The position numbers and the translations under genes were made by a program. Shown here one piece after another: positions 60,431 to 64,000 of a stretch of 64,000 bases of DNA; position 1 is the first letter of the stretch; every line of letters starts with the position of its first letter. The notes beneath the pieces were generated by a model. That model was given only the letters and a program-made list of their open reading frames with translations, made no database searches and had not been told where the DNA came from. The DNA is from Phoronis australis (Eukaryota > Animalia > Phoronida), in NCBI GenBank assembly GCA_002633005.1, contig NMRA01000038.1:705329-769328 (forward strand), given 5' to 3'.

Positions 60431-63400
60431 AAACTGTGATAGATGCAAAAAAACGTCTGAACTGATTTTTCTTCTATTTTGCGTGTGAAATACTCGGTTT
60501 CCTGTGTTTTTTGATGAAAATGTCTACGAACCTTCCGCAAATACATATGTGCGTTGTGGGTAAAAACAAAAAATTTTGGTATTCATAATGCGAGAATATT
60601 CAGACATCCATATTCATATCTGGGCGTGGCTGTTCGGGGACTTTCCCGAATGACAAGCGTGAGTTATTAAACAACGCTAATTTCACCGGCAATCGATTGT
60701 GCTCATAAAATCATTTTTTTTTCTAATCTCATTTCACAGCTGTCCTCATAACATCATTTTTTTTCTAATCTCATTTCACAGCATCTATAACATATAGTTT
60801 CAATATATCTTTTTTATGAATGACTGCTCTGATGTCTAATTTCTTCACGTTTGTTGATATATAGAGATGCAGTTGTCTCCTTCCAGTCCAATACACACAT
60901 TATTGTTTTTTATTCTTATTTTTTTTATTTTACACTAAAATTCGTTGAATTAAGATGCGTCGGAACACGATCAACCGACTTCGAGAAAATCAGACCCACG
61001 TATTAAAATCAGAATTCGAGTTCGCAGTTATGTATAACTGAAAACTTACTTTATAGATTTTTTACTCAACCATAATGCATTTTGAAAAAGTGAGTTCATG
61101 CACATATTGGCAGTGTTATCGTCAGGGTCAAAGGAAACCAACGTGCTTTGTTGTGCTTCTCGTTCTTTTCTGTCAAGTAACAAATTTTAGTTCAAAACAG
61201 TTTGCGTGTCCAAAGTATTAATAATTACTTATTGCTTACGTGATACATATTACCACCTGGAATAGAATTCTGCTTGCGCTCAGCTGTCATGACGTAAAAC
61301 AAAGCGCCATTTTGACTATTTTCTTTTTTATTGCAATTCACGTGAGTTGATTCATCACATGATGAAAAGTGCACAGACCTAGTGGTCTAAATCAAAAGTT
61401 AACATTGCTTTATTACCCCCTTTGAAACCGACATACACTCCTTGGATGTGTTGAAATTGCCAGATCATACTTACGCGTTTCTAACAGCTGCCGGGTTTAT
61501 TCAGTAAATTAAATGCATGAATAACACTCCCAACCACAGCATCTGAAATTTAGTCATCGAGAGTAATACGCCAGTACAATTCCAGTCCCTGCTATCCTAT
61601 TAGCCGCAAGATTGTAGATTTGGAGGGTTAGGGTTACAGGGTTAGGCGAATGAGACTTCAGACCATGTATTTTAGTAGGAGAGAAACTAAAAATTTCCTA
61701 AATTTGGTACAATTCTGCGCCTTACTAATCCAATGCCTTGTATTGCTGACAGCGTACATTGTACTTGCCAATTGTCCCGCCCTTGGTGGACTATCCTCTT
61801 TTTGATTTTTTGCCATCCCTGCCACCACATCATCAAAATGTCCCGCTTTTGACACAGGGCGAAACTGGCATTATCATTAAAAAATATTGTAATTTCCTAC
61901 GCGATAAAGCCCTATTTCCCGTTGGACTAAAAAGAAAAAACGGGGCATTTCATGGGTTTTTGAGACACCCAAAATTTTTCATTCGACTTAAAGAAAGAAA
62001 AAACACCGCCGGGAGCCTCTAGCGAATACGTCTCCCTTTCTACAACAAACGCTGTTGGGTGCTGCAGCGATCATTTCACCCTTTCGTTTTGGCCTAGACC
62101 CAGATGTCCCACTTTTATCATTTCTGTGATTCCATTTTATGAAGAATAAGGGATAGCTAAATACTGGAATAAGATATACTCCCAACATCTCAATAACTAG
62201 TTTAAAATATTGTCGTACCAGACCTACGCATGTTACTCAGGAAGGCCCACCGCACTGGTCACGTGATAACCATATTTAGTTATGCTTTATTAGTTGAAAC
62301 CAATAGCTCATTGGTTGAAACAGAGCTGAGGAGCTTGACTCAAGCGACCAGCAGTGTGTCCCGTGTGACTTGACCACAAGTAGAGGAAGCCACACTGCCT
62401 CAGCGTGAATAGCGGTATGTGTATAGATTACGCGTAATCCGTGCAGGTTACATATACGTAGACTAGGATGGGCACAATTATTAATCCAGGGAAAACTCAT
62501 ACACAATGACTTCTGGAACTTACTCATGCGCGCACCCAGGGAGGTGTATATAGGCCATGAAATTTTAATAATAGTTGTACTACAGTGTTGTCATCGAAGT
62601 GTTGACAGCTGTGCGCAGCTTCGAGTAGAACTTTCTTGACATTATTATACAGGTGCTCCACATACAAGAAACTTCCAAATAAACTTCGAAAGAACTCCGT
62701 CAGGCTGCTAAACTTTGAACTTCTTGCCAGAAATGTTTGGCGCTTTAGTTGAACCCTTATCACACGTTTTTCGAACTTTTGCCGTAGTTTAGGTTGCCGT
62801 TATTGCGCCTAACTGTTTATTTATGAATGGAGATACGTGCAAAATGTGGAAATTAAGACAACGTACATATAGGCGCTATTGTATTCTAGTCGAAAATAAT
62901 TTCCACGTTGCTGGGTTTACTTTAAAAACTACTACACCAGCGCAGGTACCGTACACAATTATGGTGACTTGGTGCAAAGAAATATGTCAACATCTCCTTG
63001 AGACAGGGTTGTCTAAGGAAGAAGTCAAGGCAGAAACAGGAGAGACAGCAGTGTTGACTTACAATGACAATCTACTGATATGGGTGGTTATTGACCATCC
63101 AGGTGAACCATCAGCTCTCTGGCCCCATTTGAGTAGACATTGAGTAACATGGCTGTGATGAGGTTGTATACGTACAGTGGATGGGTTCTACCCTTTCCGT
63201 TGACTACTGGAGTATATTCCGATGGCCCACCACTCCGAAAAAAAACAGCTACTCCGAAGGTCTACTACCCCGAAGGAACACCGTTACTACAACTTTTTTT
63301 ACACGATCTTCCTAAATTGTCTCGAAATTTCACTAATGGGATATTAATTTGTTAACCATACAAAAACTAAATTGTGACTATGAAGTCCAATGACTTATTT

Positions 63401-63488
63401 CTGCCATTTTTGCTGTCTTGGTGGTTAACAACTCTTGAATTCCATCTTCTTTGAAGTTCGCTTAATCGAGAGAAAATGTATAATATTA

Positions 63489-63653
63489 CATGCGCGCACC
63501 TAGGGGGGTGGGGGGGGGCGCAAATGAGCCCATCATTTAGCGAAGTGGGCAAAAAGATCTAAGATCCAGTTTTTGGTCTCCGTTTTTTGTTTATAAAAGG
63601 TCCACATTGCCAAAAATTTGAGCCCCCCATATCTTAGACTTTGTTCGTTTATG
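63489..63653. mobile_element. MITE (CATGCGCGCACC family), TSD TATTA
   Basis: Similar to 2304-2537; tatta on both flanks. Confidence 0.7.
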
Positions 63654-64000
63654 TATTAATGTTATAAAATGAAACAAATGCGTTCATATTTGGAGGAGCT
63701 GTGCGTTTCTTCGGAGAAGTGTTTTCTTTTCGGAGAAGAGGTTTTTCGTATAATTGTTTATTTGGAGTAATGGACAGTACCAGTAACCATACTGGACGCA
63801 CCAGCACTGAACTGCTGAGCGTATGAGCATTTCCACGCCATATGCTTTCTCTATTGTGCCAATACAACCCTCATGAAACTTGTGAGCAAAATGTTTGGCC
63901 CACCATAGTACATCTAAGTAACAGTCAGCATTTTGAAAATATATCTTGTAGAGGTTAACGAAGAGAATGAAAAATAATGAGATAATAAACTAAATCTCAA

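Noticed and set aside
60705-60782. About 45-bp tandem duplication (catttttttttctaatctcatttcacagc)
   Set aside because: Simple local duplication with no evidence of function.

Overview
Eukaryotic, AT-rich, transposon-rich genomic DNA, most likely from a marine invertebrate such as a mollusc-like lophotrochozoan (inference from gene and repeat types). The first 45 kb holds a tandem cluster of four paralogous minus-strand genes (A-D). Each has 4 coding exons: a 297-nt exon 1 (signal peptide plus PAN/apple-like domain), a 31-34-nt linker micro-exon absent from the ORF track, and two exons encoding an F-type (fucolectin-like) lectin domain. By manual GT-AG splicing all four stay in frame (about 252-254 aa). 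Paralog differences concentrate in the putative sugar-binding loops. The introns carry an L1/Tx1-like LINE with TSD, a TTAA-flanked Sola-like DNA transposon with a nested hairpin/tRNA-like element, scrambled Penelope-like fragments with hammerhead-ribozyme-like motifs, a solo LTR, and several MITE families. An intronless orphan ORF lies head-to-head with gene B. The 45-64 kb region is mostly decayed repeats and coding-like relics with no confident host gene. All calls are by eye, without database searches.
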